Shown: positions 45,292 through 54,913 of the stretch, in pieces
How positions within the stretch are numbered: the first letter of the stretch is position 1
Layout: the number at the start of each line of letters is the position of its first letter
Source of the DNA: an uncultured SAR86 cluster bacterium
GTDB taxonomy: Bacteria; Pseudomonadota; Gammaproteobacteria; Magnimaribacterales; AG-339-G14
Direction of reading: 5' to 3'
Assembly: GCA_902525735.1 (NCBI GenBank)
Contig: CABZIF010000002.1
Span: forward strand, 5,072 to 69,071
DNA length: 64,000 bases
Translations under genes and position numbers: made by a program
The notes under the pieces: generated by a model
The model's database searches: none
Seen by the model: only the letters and a program-made list of their open reading frames with translations
What the model was told of the DNA's origin: nothing

Positions 45292-47099
45292 TGTCTATTT
45301 TTGATAATAAAAAAGATTCAAATGAAACATATAGAATTGTTATTTTTTTAAGCCCTTTTTTAATTTTACTGTTTTTAGCTTTTTTACAGATATTAAACCT
45401 TTCTTATTTTAACGCTGACACATTTAAAACTCAGTCAGAATCAAATAGATTGTACCAATCAAAAATTATCCCTCAAAGAGGATTTATTTTTGATTCAAAA
45501 AATACTCTGCTAGTTGAAAATAATATTCAACAAGATTTAGAAATTAATCCTAGCTTTATAGAAAATCCTAGAATTTTTTTAAAGCAAATTGCCGATTTGC
45601 TTGAATTGAATTTAAATAAAATCGAAAGTGATTTTTATATCAGAGCAACAGGTAAAAGCCCTAATGAACCCTATATTTTGATAAAGAATTTAAATGAAAA
45701 ACAAATTGCAAAACTTAGTGTTAATTTAAAAAAAATTAAAGGAGCCGAAATTATCTCTTCATTTTCTAGAAATGTGATTCATAAGGAAGTAATGGCTCCA
45801 GTCATAGGATATGTTGGAAATATTTCAAGAGAGGATATTTTTAATAATCCGGAATTGTCACAATTCAAAAGTTTAAAAATTGGAAAGACCGGCGTTGAGA
45901 AAGATTTTGATTCTATTCTTCGTGGAAATATGGGTTATAGAATTCAGGAAAGAGACTCAAATGGTAAATTAATAAGAAATATTTCATTAGAACCTCCCGT
46001 AAAAGGAAAAGATTTACAACTATCGATTGATTTAGATCTTCAAAAAGAGCTTTTTTCTGATTTTAAAGGCAGAAAAGGAGCTTTGGTAGCCATTGAGCCT
46101 AAAACTGGATTAATTAGAGCCCTAATTAGCTCTCCAACCTATAACCCAAACTTGCTAAATACAATCAATGATTATGATGAAGTAAAAAGCTTATTTGCTG
46201 ACAAAGATAGTCCTCTTTTTAATAGAGCTTTATCAGGACAATATCCTCCAGCATCAACATTAAAACCTTTTGTAGGAATGGCTGCCCTGGAAGCTGAAAC
46301 AATTTCTTGGGAAAAACAAATCATTGATTCTGGTGTGTATTATGTCGAAGGAGACGAGAGGCCCTATAAAGGTTGGAAAGAAGGTGGACATGGAAATGTC
46401 GATATGAAAAAAGCAATCGTAGAATCATCAGATGTTTATTTTTACTCCTTAGCGTATGACCTTACGATAAGTAATCTTTCTCCTTTTCTCGAGAAATTTG
46501 GTTATGGAAAGCAAAGTGGATTGTCTAAAAATGAAGCCAAAGGAATTTTGCCGTCAAGAAAATGGAAGCTGGGGTACATCGGCGAAGCATGGTTTAAAGG
46601 AGATACTATTAATATGGGAATTGGGCAAGGTTATATTACAGCAACTCCGATACAAATTGCGTTAGCTTATGCAGCCTTGGCAAATAAAGGAGAAATAGTG
46701 AAGCCAAGAATTATCGAAAAGGTTGGAAGCGATTCTACGGAAAAAGTTTCAAAATTAAATATATCTCTTAGTGATAATAAAAATTGGAAAAGAATAGAAG
46801 AAGCCCTCTTAGGAGTTGTGGAGGCCTCAAACGGAACGGCTAATAATATCTACGATAGAAATATTAGAATTGCAGGAAAAACTGGAACAGCTCAAGTAAA
46901 GAGTATTGGTGAGACTGAATATAAATTTCTTAGAGAAGACGAGTCACTGAGAGATCATGCGTTATTTGTTGGATATGGACCAGTCGAAAATCCAAAATTA
47001 GTTGTAGTAGCAATAATTGAAAATGGCGAATCAGGCAGTGCTGTGGCTGCACCTTTTGTCAGAAAAGCGATTAATTTTTATTCAAAAAATGAAAAATAG
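45291..47099 (+). CDS. mrdA: penicillin-binding protein 2 (elongasome transpeptidase)
   Basis: 602 aa. N-terminal TM helix, PASTLKPF (SxxK), SSD (SxN), KTGTAQ (KTG). TAATG overlap with rsfS. Confidence 0.9.
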   Translation: MSIFDNKKDSNETYRIVIFLSPFLILLFLAFLQILNLSYFNADTFKTQSESNRLYQSKIIPQRGFIFDSKNTLLVENNIQQDLEINPSFIENPRIFLKQIADLLELNLNKIESDFYIRATGKSPNEPYILIKNLNEKQIAKLSVNLKKIKGAEIISSFSRNVIHKEVMAPVIGYVGNISREDIFNNPELSQFKSLKIGKTGVEKDFDSILRGNMGYRIQERDSNGKLIRNISLEPPVKGKDLQLSIDLDLQKELFSDFKGRKGALVAIEPKTGLIRALISSPTYNPNLLNTINDYDEVKSLFADKDSPLFNRALSGQYPPASTLKPFVGMAALEAETISWEKQIIDSGVYYVEGDERPYKGWKEGGHGNVDMKKAIVESSDVYFYSLAYDLTISNLSPFLEKFGYGKQSGLSKNEAKGILPSRKWKLGYIGEAWFKGDTINMGIGQGYITATPIQIALAYAALANKGEIVKPRIIEKVGSDSTEKVSKLNISLSDNKNWKRIEEALLGVVEASNGTANNIYDRNIRIAGKTGTAQVKSIGETEYKFLREDESLRDHALFVGYGPVENPKLVVVAIIENGESGSAVAAPFVRKAINFYSKNEK

Positions 47100-48195
47100 G
47101 CCATTAAGTTTTTCTGTAAATTTAAAAATAGATAAAAGTCAAAATAATTCTTCTCAATTTGATTATTGGATTTTATTTAGCGTAATTTTTCTTTGTTCTT
47201 TTGGATTAGCGATGATTTATAGTTCTAGTAACTCTCTAGAGATGACCATTAGGCAGGGCGCTTACTTTTTTTTAGGGCTTGTAGGAATGCTACTGTTAGC
47301 ATTTTCAAATTTCAGAAAAATGGAAGTTTTTTATTTACATAGTTTTTGGCCAGCCTTATTTCTTCTTATTATTGTTTTATTTTTTCCATCAGAAAATTCT
47401 AAAACTAGTAGATGGATAGATTTAGGCTTATTTACATTTCAGCCCTCAGAGCTAATGAGATTTATTTTGCCAATTTCTGCTGCGTCCTTTCTAACTAAAA
47501 ATTTAAAGACAAAAATGAAAGATATGTGGCTTGTAATTTTTGTTACTTTAGTTTGTTTCTATTTAGTTGCTGTTCAGCCTGATTTAGGGACTTCAATAAT
47601 TGTTTTATTAGCTGGCTTATTGCCAGTCATCATTTCAGGTTTTCCTTGGATTTATATCTTTTTTGGAGGATTTTTAGCTACGCTTTCATTACCTTTAATT
47701 TGGATGAGTTTATATGATTATCAAAAACAAAGAATATTAACTCTTTTTAATCCCGAAGCTGATATTTACGGAGCAGGCTGGAATATAGTTCAATCAAAAA
47801 TAGCCGTAGGTTCAGGCGGATTATATGGTAAGGGTTTTTTAAATGGCTCTCAAAGTCAATTAAACTTCATACCAGAAAGTCATTCAGATTTTATTTTTTC
47901 TGTAATCGCAGAAGAGTTTGGTCTATTAGGCATCAGCATTCTTTTTTTTATTTATGGAATTTTAATTTACAGATTATTGATAGTTTCATTTTACAGCTCT
48001 AATAAATTTGCAAAAATGGTTTCAGGGACTTTATCAATAATCCTTTTAGCGTATATTTCTATTAATATCTCTATGGTAATAGGGTTACTTCCAGTTGTAG
48101 GAATGCCTCTACCATTTTTAAGTCAGGGAGGAACTGCATTGGTAGTAAATTTGTTAACGATTGGTATTATCTTGTCGCTCAGAAAAGAGGTTTAA
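47089..48195 (+). CDS. mrdB: peptidoglycan glycosyltransferase RodA (SEDS family)
   Basis: 368 aa from the ATG at 47089 (the ORF-track start at 47017 lies inside mrdA). QPSELMRF, QPDLGT, SDFIFSVIAEEFG, PVVGMPLPFLSQGGT. Confidence 0.9.
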   Translation: MKNRPLSFSVNLKIDKSQNNSSQFDYWILFSVIFLCSFGLAMIYSSSNSLEMTIRQGAYFFLGLVGMLLLAFSNFRKMEVFYLHSFWPALFLLIIVLFFPSENSKTSRWIDLGLFTFQPSELMRFILPISAASFLTKNLKTKMKDMWLVIFVTLVCFYLVAVQPDLGTSIIVLLAGLLPVIISGFPWIYIFFGGFLATLSLPLIWMSLYDYQKQRILTLFNPEADIYGAGWNIVQSKIAVGSGGLYGKGFLNGSQSQLNFIPESHSDFIFSVIAEEFGLLGISILFFIYGILIYRLLIVSFYSSNKFAKMVSGTLSIILLAYISINISMVIGLLPVVGMPLPFLSQGGTALVVNLLTIGIILSLRKEV

Positions 48196-49167
48196 GTGAA
48201 AACATATTTTTATTTGTTTGCGTTACTATTTCTTAATCATTTATCGTTTGCGAATTACCTTGATAGAGACGACGTTCAAGATTTTATAGATTTCATGCAT
48301 ATTGAACATGGCTTTTCTAAAGAGTATGTTTCTAAAACCTTATCTCAAGCAAGTAAGCAGCAAAATATAATAGATTTAATGAATAACCCATCTGAAAAAG
48401 TAACTTCTTGGGACGATTATAAAAAAAGGGTTTCAATTACTAGAATTCAAAATGGCATAAGATTTATAAAGGCTTATAAAAAGTGGTTTATAAAAGCCGA
48501 AGAGGAGTTCGGAATCCCTAGAGAAGTAATAGCAGCAATAATTGGGCTGGAAACTAATTATGGCGGCTACAAGGGAAATACGAGAGTAATTGATGCGCTA
48601 GCTACAGCTGCATTTGACTATCCAAGGAGAAGAAATTTTTTTAAAACTCAATTAGAAGAGTTTTTTTTATTAACTAGAGAAGAAAATCTTGACCCTCTTG
48701 TCATAAAGGGCTCTTACGCTGGAGCCATGGGTTTTGCACAATTTATGCCTGATAATTATCGAAGACTTGCAGTAGACTTCGACGGAGATGGGAAAAAAGA
48801 TATTTTGAGTAATCCAGCAGATGCAATTGGAAGTGTTGCTAACTTCCTGAGTTCTACCAAGGGAAATAAGAAAGGTTGGGAAAGAAATGGATTTATTGCG
48901 ATCGAGGCAGATCCAAAAAAAAGAAGCAAACCTATAAAATCGTCTTTTAAGTTAAGGTCTTACGAAGATTTAGATATTAAAGCAAAAGAAAATTTTGATT
49001 TTTATGATGAATATATTCAGATTTCATTATTCCCAAATGACGATTCAAAAGATGAATTTTGGCTAGGAGATAAAAACCTTTACGCTATAACAAGATATAA
49101 TCCTAGCAGTAAATATGCAATGACCGTCTTTCTTTTAAGTGAACAAATAGCAAAAATAGGAAATTAA
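48196..49167 (+). CDS. mltB: lytic murein transglycosylase B
   Basis: 323 aa with a GTG start and signal peptide. IIGLETNYG (catalytic Glu), GAMGFAQFMP, DFDGDGKKD. Confidence 0.85.
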   Translation: MKTYFYLFALLFLNHLSFANYLDRDDVQDFIDFMHIEHGFSKEYVSKTLSQASKQQNIIDLMNNPSEKVTSWDDYKKRVSITRIQNGIRFIKAYKKWFIKAEEEFGIPREVIAAIIGLETNYGGYKGNTRVIDALATAAFDYPRRRNFFKTQLEEFFLLTREENLDPLVIKGSYAGAMGFAQFMPDNYRRLAVDFDGDGKKDILSNPADAIGSVANFLSSTKGNKKGWERNGFIAIEADPKKRSKPIKSSFKLRSYEDLDIKAKENFDFYDEYIQISLFPNDDSKDEFWLGDKNLYAITRYNPSSKYAMTVFLLSEQIAKIGN

Positions 49168-49169
49168 TT

Positions 49170-50321
49170 ATGAAAAAAATAGCTCTGGTTTTTATTTTAA
49201 TTACACAAAATATTTTTTCTCAGGCTTTAATACCAAATCCTCCAGAGGTTTCTGCAACTAGCTTTCTTCTTATTGATGCAAAAACTAAAATAGTCATAAC
49301 ATCGAACGAACCAAATCAATCAACTGGACTTGCCAGCATAACTAAAATAATGACCTCGTATGTGGTGGCTGATCAAATTTCTAAGGGATTTATTACAGAA
49401 GATACCATGGTAGACATAAGTGAAGAATGCTGGCGCATGGAAGGATCACGAATGTTTATAAAAGAAGGAACCGAAGTATCCATTTCAGAATTACTTAAAG
49501 GAGTTATTATCCAATCTGGAAATGATGCCAGTTGTGCATTGGCAGAAAAAATAGCAGGCTCTCAATCTGCATTTGCAGATCTAATGAATAATTATGCTGA
49601 ACAATTAGGTTTAAATAATACAAATTTTGTAAATCCAACAGGGCTTCCAGATATTAACCACTATTCTACGGCCAATGATATTGCAAAACTCAGCATAAGA
49701 TTGATAGAAGATTTTCCTGACAATTATGCCTTATTCAAGGAGAAGGAATATACATTCAATAATATAAGGCAATTAAATAGAAATAGTCTTTTATGGCAAG
49801 ACGACTCGATAGATGGAATAAAAACTGGACATACAAATGATTCAGGTTATTGTTTAGTTGCTTCGGCAAAAAGAGATGAGATGAGGCTGATTGCAGTAAC
49901 TTTAAATAGTGCTTCTGAGAAAACAAGGTTACAGGACAGCAGACGACTACTAGATTATGGTTTTAGGTTTTTTAAAACCAAAAAAGTCTTGTCAAAGTCT
50001 CAGGAAGTCTCAACTGTCGATGTCTGGGCTGGATCAAAAGATAAATTATCTATAGGCCCTAAAGAGGATATTTATCTGACACTGACAAAACCTCAATTTA
50101 AAAACATAGAGATGATAGTTTCTAAAAATCTTGGAATAACTGCCCCAATTGAAGAAGGAGATATAATAGATAGGTTGGATATTTCAATAAATAATGAAGT
50201 TAACTCTTCTTTTGATTTAGTTGCTCTTGAAAACATTAATACAGAAGGATTCATATGGCCGTATCTAGAATCATTAGCTTTTTATGTATATTCTTTTTTC
50301 ATGCAAGATGAAGTTAAATAA
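49170..50321 (+). CDS. dacA: D-alanyl-D-alanine carboxypeptidase (PBP5/6 family)
   Basis: 383 aa with a signal peptide. LASITKIMT (SxxK), QSGNDA (SxN), KTGHT (KTG), plus the C-terminal beta-sandwich domain. Confidence 0.88.
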   Translation: MKKIALVFILITQNIFSQALIPNPPEVSATSFLLIDAKTKIVITSNEPNQSTGLASITKIMTSYVVADQISKGFITEDTMVDISEECWRMEGSRMFIKEGTEVSISELLKGVIIQSGNDASCALAEKIAGSQSAFADLMNNYAEQLGLNNTNFVNPTGLPDINHYSTANDIAKLSIRLIEDFPDNYALFKEKEYTFNNIRQLNRNSLLWQDDSIDGIKTGHTNDSGYCLVASAKRDEMRLIAVTLNSASEKTRLQDSRRLLDYGFRFFKTKKVLSKSQEVSTVDVWAGSKDKLSIGPKEDIYLTLTKPQFKNIEMIVSKNLGITAPIEEGDIIDRLDISINNEVNSSFDLVALENINTEGFIWPYLESLAFYVYSFFMQDEVK

Positions 50322-51155
50322 ATGTCAGTCTGTTATTTAAATGGAGAATTTCTAGATTTAAAAGATGCAAAAATTTCTCCTCTAGATCGAGGATTTCTGT
50401 TTGGCGATTCTATATACGAAGTCTTTGCCGCTTACGACAAAAAAGCTTTTAAAATTGAAGAGCACCTTGATAGATTTTTTATAAATTTAAAAGAAATTAA
50501 GTTGACGTCTAATATCTCTCGCCAGGAACTAAAAAACATCATTGAATTGGTAATCCATAAGAATGATCTGAGTAATCAAATCATTTATTTACAAATCTCG
50601 AGAGGTTACGAAGCAATTAGAAACCATATACCAAACATCAAATCCGAATCGACCGTTTTCATTTGTTCTTTTCCTTTAAACGATTTACCAAACCAAAACT
50701 CAAATAAAGTAAAAATAAGTTTAAGAGAGGACTTTCGTTGGGGAAAAAGCAATGTTAAATCTACTTCTCTGTTGGCCAATGTACTGTATAAAATTCAGGC
50801 GAATGAAGAAAGTTTTGATGAAATTATTCTTCACGATAATGGCTTTATTACCGAGGGTGCTGTTAGCAATGTGTTTTGTGTAAAAGATAAGAAAGTAATT
50901 ACTCCTTCTTTACAAAATAATATCCTTCCAGGAGTTACACGATCAGTAATAATTGATATCGTCAAAAAATTAAAAATTCCTATCTTGGAATCAAGAATGA
51001 GTGTTGAAGATTTAGAGATCGCTGATGAAATCTGGATTACAAACACAACTAAAGGAATACTTTTGGTCTCTGAAATTGATCAAAACAAAGTCACCAGTGC
51101 AGGCAAGATTTTTAAAAAAGTACAAGAAAAATTTATCCAAGAAACTCTGGTTTGA
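50322..51155 (+). CDS. class IV aminotransferase (D-amino-acid transaminase-like; PabC not excluded)
   Basis: 277 aa. DRGFLFGDSIYE, HLDRF, catalytic-Lys context NVKSTSLLANV, ITEGAVSNVF, ILPGVTR. Confidence 0.75.
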   Translation: MSVCYLNGEFLDLKDAKISPLDRGFLFGDSIYEVFAAYDKKAFKIEEHLDRFFINLKEIKLTSNISRQELKNIIELVIHKNDLSNQIIYLQISRGYEAIRNHIPNIKSESTVFICSFPLNDLPNQNSNKVKISLREDFRWGKSNVKSTSLLANVLYKIQANEESFDEIILHDNGFITEGAVSNVFCVKDKKVITPSLQNNILPGVTRSVIIDIVKKLKIPILESRMSVEDLEIADEIWITNTTKGILLVSEIDQNKVTSAGKIFKKVQEKFIQETLV

Positions 51156-52053
51156 TAAATTCAATGATTATTCTTTCAGCGCTTTTCCAAAAATTGTCAT
51201 TGCCTTTTTTAAAATTGACATCTAAAGAAGCTATCTTTTTTTTAAAATAAATAATTTGATTTACGTTTAATTTATTAGTTTTTATTTTTAGATTATCTAG
51301 GTAATCAAATGGTCCACTAAACTTAGAAGTTGAATCTTCTTTCAAAAAAGAAATTCTCTCTATCTCTCGAAAAAGGCCCCAAATAATTAGTGCTTCAGAT
51401 CCTCTTTGAAGTTTAAGGTGCTCAAGTATTTTTAGAGACTCCTCAAGATCTCCTTTTAAGATGGAATTAGATAAATTAAAAATATCGAAATTTGAGTTTT
51501 CCAAGATGAAATTACTCTCAGAATTATTGTTTAAGGTTTTAATCATTTTCAATTCTTGATAGGAAGAAACTAAATTTCCTTGAGTTTTTTCAATAATTAG
51601 GTCAATTTGTTCTTCAGAAATCGAGATATTAAATCTTTTCGAAAGATTCTTTAGCCAAGTTTTTTTTTGGTTGGGCCATATCTTTTGAACTTCAACCTCT
51701 TCACTATAATTTAAAAGTTTTTTAAACCAGACTCTGGTTTTGATTCTCTCTATTCCTATTACAGAAATAACTAAGCTAATTGTTTCTGACAAGTTTTTAC
51801 AAAATTCTTCTAATAACTCTCCTTCGCTTTTAGATGGAGAGTTTTCTAACCTGAGATCGATTATTTTTTTTGAAGAAAATAAGTCACTGAGTTGTTCTGT
51901 CATTAGCTCTTCATAAGAAAAAGAACTTTTGGAAAAGAAAATTTTTCTTTCTTCAAAGCCATTTTTTTTCAATTCAAAGACTAATCTGTTCCTTTCAAGC
52001 TCTATAAGAAAATCTTCCGGACCATGAATAAGAAATATATTTTTTTTAATCAT
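51133..52053 (-). CDS. holA: DNA polymerase III delta subunit
   Basis: About 306 aa from the ATG at 52053 (MIKKNIFLIHGPEDFLIE...). It lies downstream of lptE in the conserved leuS-lptE-holA order. The sequence is divergent and the call rests largely on synteny and length. Confidence 0.7.
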   Translation of the reverse strand: MIKKNIFLIHGPEDFLIELERNRLVFELKKNGFEERKIFFSKSSFSYEELMTEQLSDLFSSKKIIDLRLENSPSKSEGELLEEFCKNLSETISLVISVIGIERIKTRVWFKKLLNYSEEVEVQKIWPNQKKTWLKNLSKRFNISISEEQIDLIIEKTQGNLVSSYQELKMIKTLNNNSESNFILENSNFDIFNLSNSILKGDLEESLKILEHLKLQRGSEALIIWGLFREIERISFLKEDSTSKFSGPFDYLDNLKIKTNKLNVNQIIYFKKKIASLDVNFKKGNDNFWKSAERIIIEFIKPEFLG

Positions 52054-52519
52054 TGAAGTATAAATAAAGAAAATTTTTGAGTTGATTTTGAGCTTCAAAA
52101 AAGAACATTAATTGGAGTTCTTCCATTTTTTTTTCATTTGATAATATCTTATTTGTATCATATGGGAAAATTTCCGAAGAACTAAAATTAAATTCTTTGT
52201 TTTTACCAGATTTACTGATTTGCATAGAAATTTCATAATCCATCGTTCCGGTTGCAGCAAAGAAATTTCTATCTGTAGCTCCAGTATATTTAGATATTTT
52301 ATGTTCAAGAATTGTTATATTTAAATCAGCGTCCTCAGAATCTGAAAATTGAAAGTTTAAGAAACCTCTCTTCTTTCGCATTTCATTTATAAATTGATTA
52401 TTTAATAAAGTTTCATCGTAAAAAATAAAAACTTCAAAAGGTTCTTTCTTAGAAGAATCTATTGGTGAAAATCCACAAGAAACTAGGATAAAGGAGATCA
52501 AAACAATTAAAAGCTTCAT
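52046..52519 (-). CDS. lptE: LPS-assembly lipoprotein LptE
   Basis: 157 aa. Lipobox LVSC with signal peptide. It lies immediately downstream of leuS, as in other Gammaproteobacteria. Confidence 0.7.
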   Translation of the reverse strand: MKLLIVLISFILVSCGFSPIDSSKKEPFEVFIFYDETLLNNQFINEMRKKRGFLNFQFSDSEDADLNITILEHKISKYTGATDRNFFAATGTMDYEISMQISKSGKNKEFNFSSSEIFPYDTNKILSNEKKMEELQLMFFFEAQNQLKNFLYLYFND

Positions 52520-54913
52520 TTAATAAACAACAAAATTGATAAGTTTTTTTTCTATAAAAATAGTTTTTTTTATTTTCTTATCAATGATAAACCTTTTAAC
52601 ATTTTCTAATTCCTTTGAAAGCATAATGACTTCCTCTTCAGATTTTTTTTCATCTAATTCTAAAGACCCTCTCAATTTCCCATTTACTTGAATAATTAAT
52701 TTATAAGTCTTTTCCTCTAACAAATTAGAATCAAAAATAGGCCATGCTTCACTATAAATTTCCTTTCCATTTTGTAAAACATTCCAAAGTTCATGAGTTA
52801 TGTGAGGAGTTATTGGGCTCAGCATAAGAAGAGATGAATCTATTATTTTTTTAAATAATTTTCTTTCTTCCTCAGGAATTTCACTTTTTTGAAATTCTTT
52901 TGGTATTGCATTCAATAGTTCCATTATTGCTGCTATAGCTGTATTGAATGAATTTCTTCGTTCGAAATCATCTGAGACCTTTTTTATAGTTTGATTTAAT
53001 TTTATTTCTAATGGTTTTAAATCTAATGAAGAATTTAAGGCAAGATTTTTTTGGTTTTTTAGAATAGATGTAAGTTTCCATAGCTTGTTTAAAAATTTAA
53101 ATGAACCTTTTACTCCATCATTAGACCACTCTAAAGATTGTTCAGGCGGAGAAGCGAACATTGAGAAAAGTCTTACTGTGTCGGCACCGTAACTATCAAT
53201 AAGCTCTTGAGGATTCACAGTATTACCTTTAGATTTTGACATTTTATTTCCATCCTTGAGGACCATGCCTTGACACAATAGCTTATGGAAAGGCTCTCTA
53301 AATTTTACTAAACCCAAATCATTCAAAGCCTTGGAAAAAAATCTTGAATATAATAAATGCAGAATAGCATGTTCTATACCTCCAATGTATTGATCTACCG
53401 GTAACCAATAATCAACTTCTTCATCAAAAATTTTTTCTGACGATTTGTGAGAAGCAAATTTTGCAAAATACCACGAAGATTCAAGGAAAGTATCGAATGT
53501 ATCAGTTTCTTTAACATATTCATTTCCATTTTTTACTAAAACCTCAGAGTTAATTTCTTCTTGATTAAGATCTGAAAATGGGATGACATCAGCGGAGTTT
53601 TTCTTATTTATCATCATTGGAATAGGTGCGCCCCATTTTCTTTGTCTCGAAATTCCCCAATTTTTAAGTCGGTAATTTACCTTTTTAGATCCAAAATTAT
53701 TATCTTTGGCCAGTTTTAAAATCTTTTCAAAAGCTTTTTCAAAATCAAGGCCATCAAGTTCATTTCCTGAGTTAATGAGCAAACCTTTTTCTATAAGAGC
53801 TTTATCAAGTTCAAGTGCTCCTTCACCTGTGTCAATGACCTGCTTTATTTCAATATTATATTTTTTGGCAAATTCAAAATCTCTCTGGTCATGACCCGGA
53901 ACAGCCATTAATGCACCAGATCCATAATCCATCAAAACAAAGTTAGCAACCCAGACTTCTATTTCTTCTTTTGAAATGGGGTGCTTAGCTTTGATGTTTA
54001 ATTTGTATCCTTTTTTTTCTTCAGATATCCTCTCTGCTTCAGATGTAACTCCCTTGGAATTATTCTTTAACCATTCTTCAAGACTTTTATCCTCTTTAGC
54101 TAAACTGATGACAATAGGATGCGTAAGAGAAAACGCAAGAAAAGAAACTCCCATGATGGTATCTGGTCGAGTCGTAAAAACTTCAATATGTTCTTTATTT
54201 GACAGACTAAATTTGAACTCCATCCCAATCGATTTACCAATCCAATTTTTTTGCATTGTTTTTACTTGCTCAGGCCAATCTTTTAAGGAGTCAAGTTCAG
54301 AGAGAAGTTCTTCTGCATAGTCGCTTATTTTAAAAGCCCACTGATCTATAGTCTTTTTTTCAACATCTGCTCCTGATCTCCAGCCTTTGCCATCAATTAC
54401 TTGTTCATTTGCCAAAACCGTTTGGTCTACTGGGTCCCAATTTACTTCTGCTTTTTCTTTAACAACTAATCCTTTTTTATACATTTCACAGAAAAGCCAC
54501 TGCTCCCATTTGTAGTATTCCTCGTCACATGTTTTTAGTTCTCTTCGCCAATCATAAGCAAACCCTAAAGAAGAGAGTTGTTTTTTCATAAATTGGATAT
54601 TTTCCTCAGTCCATTTTTTTGGTGAAACATTATTTTGAATAGCGGCATTTTCTGCTGGAAGACCAAATGCGTCCCACCCCATAGGCTGCATAACATTCTT
54701 ACCTTTCATTCTCTGATATCTAGAAATCACGTCTCCGATTGTGTAATTTCTTACATGCCCCATGTGTAATTCTCCTGAGGGGTAAGGAAACATACTTAAA
54801 CAGTAATATTTTTCTCTTTTATTATCAGGATTAGCTTCAAAAGATTTGTTTTTTTCCCAGTAAGCTTGAGCTTTTTTTTCTAAATCAGCAGGATTATAGG
54901 CATCTTCTTTCAT
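52520..54913 (-). CDS. leuS: leucine--tRNA ligase
   Basis: 797 aa. HMGH (HIGH) motif in PYPSGELHMGHVRNY, KMSKS motif, CP1 editing domain. Confidence 0.97.
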   Translation of the reverse strand: MKEDAYNPADLEKKAQAYWEKNKSFEANPDNKREKYYCLSMFPYPSGELHMGHVRNYTIGDVISRYQRMKGKNVMQPMGWDAFGLPAENAAIQNNVSPKKWTEENIQFMKKQLSSLGFAYDWRRELKTCDEEYYKWEQWLFCEMYKKGLVVKEKAEVNWDPVDQTVLANEQVIDGKGWRSGADVEKKTIDQWAFKISDYAEELLSELDSLKDWPEQVKTMQKNWIGKSIGMEFKFSLSNKEHIEVFTTRPDTIMGVSFLAFSLTHPIVISLAKEDKSLEEWLKNNSKGVTSEAERISEEKKGYKLNIKAKHPISKEEIEVWVANFVLMDYGSGALMAVPGHDQRDFEFAKKYNIEIKQVIDTGEGALELDKALIEKGLLINSGNELDGLDFEKAFEKILKLAKDNNFGSKKVNYRLKNWGISRQRKWGAPIPMMINKKNSADVIPFSDLNQEEINSEVLVKNGNEYVKETDTFDTFLESSWYFAKFASHKSSEKIFDEEVDYWLPVDQYIGGIEHAILHLLYSRFFSKALNDLGLVKFREPFHKLLCQGMVLKDGNKMSKSKGNTVNPQELIDSYGADTVRLFSMFASPPEQSLEWSNDGVKGSFKFLNKLWKLTSILKNQKNLALNSSLDLKPLEIKLNQTIKKVSDDFERRNSFNTAIAAIMELLNAIPKEFQKSEIPEEERKLFKKIIDSSLLMLSPITPHITHELWNVLQNGKEIYSEAWPIFDSNLLEEKTYKLIIQVNGKLRGSLELDEKKSEEEVIMLSKELENVKRFIIDKKIKKTIFIEKKLINFVVY

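Noticed and set aside
47017-47088. Longer ORF-track starts for rodA (47017), proA (43026), ruvX (8555), holA (52098) and the zapB-like ORF (31674)
   Set aside because: The extensions run into the preceding gene or the divergent neighbour and do not align with family N-termini. Internal ATGs give canonical N-termini and the typical 1-8-nt overlaps.
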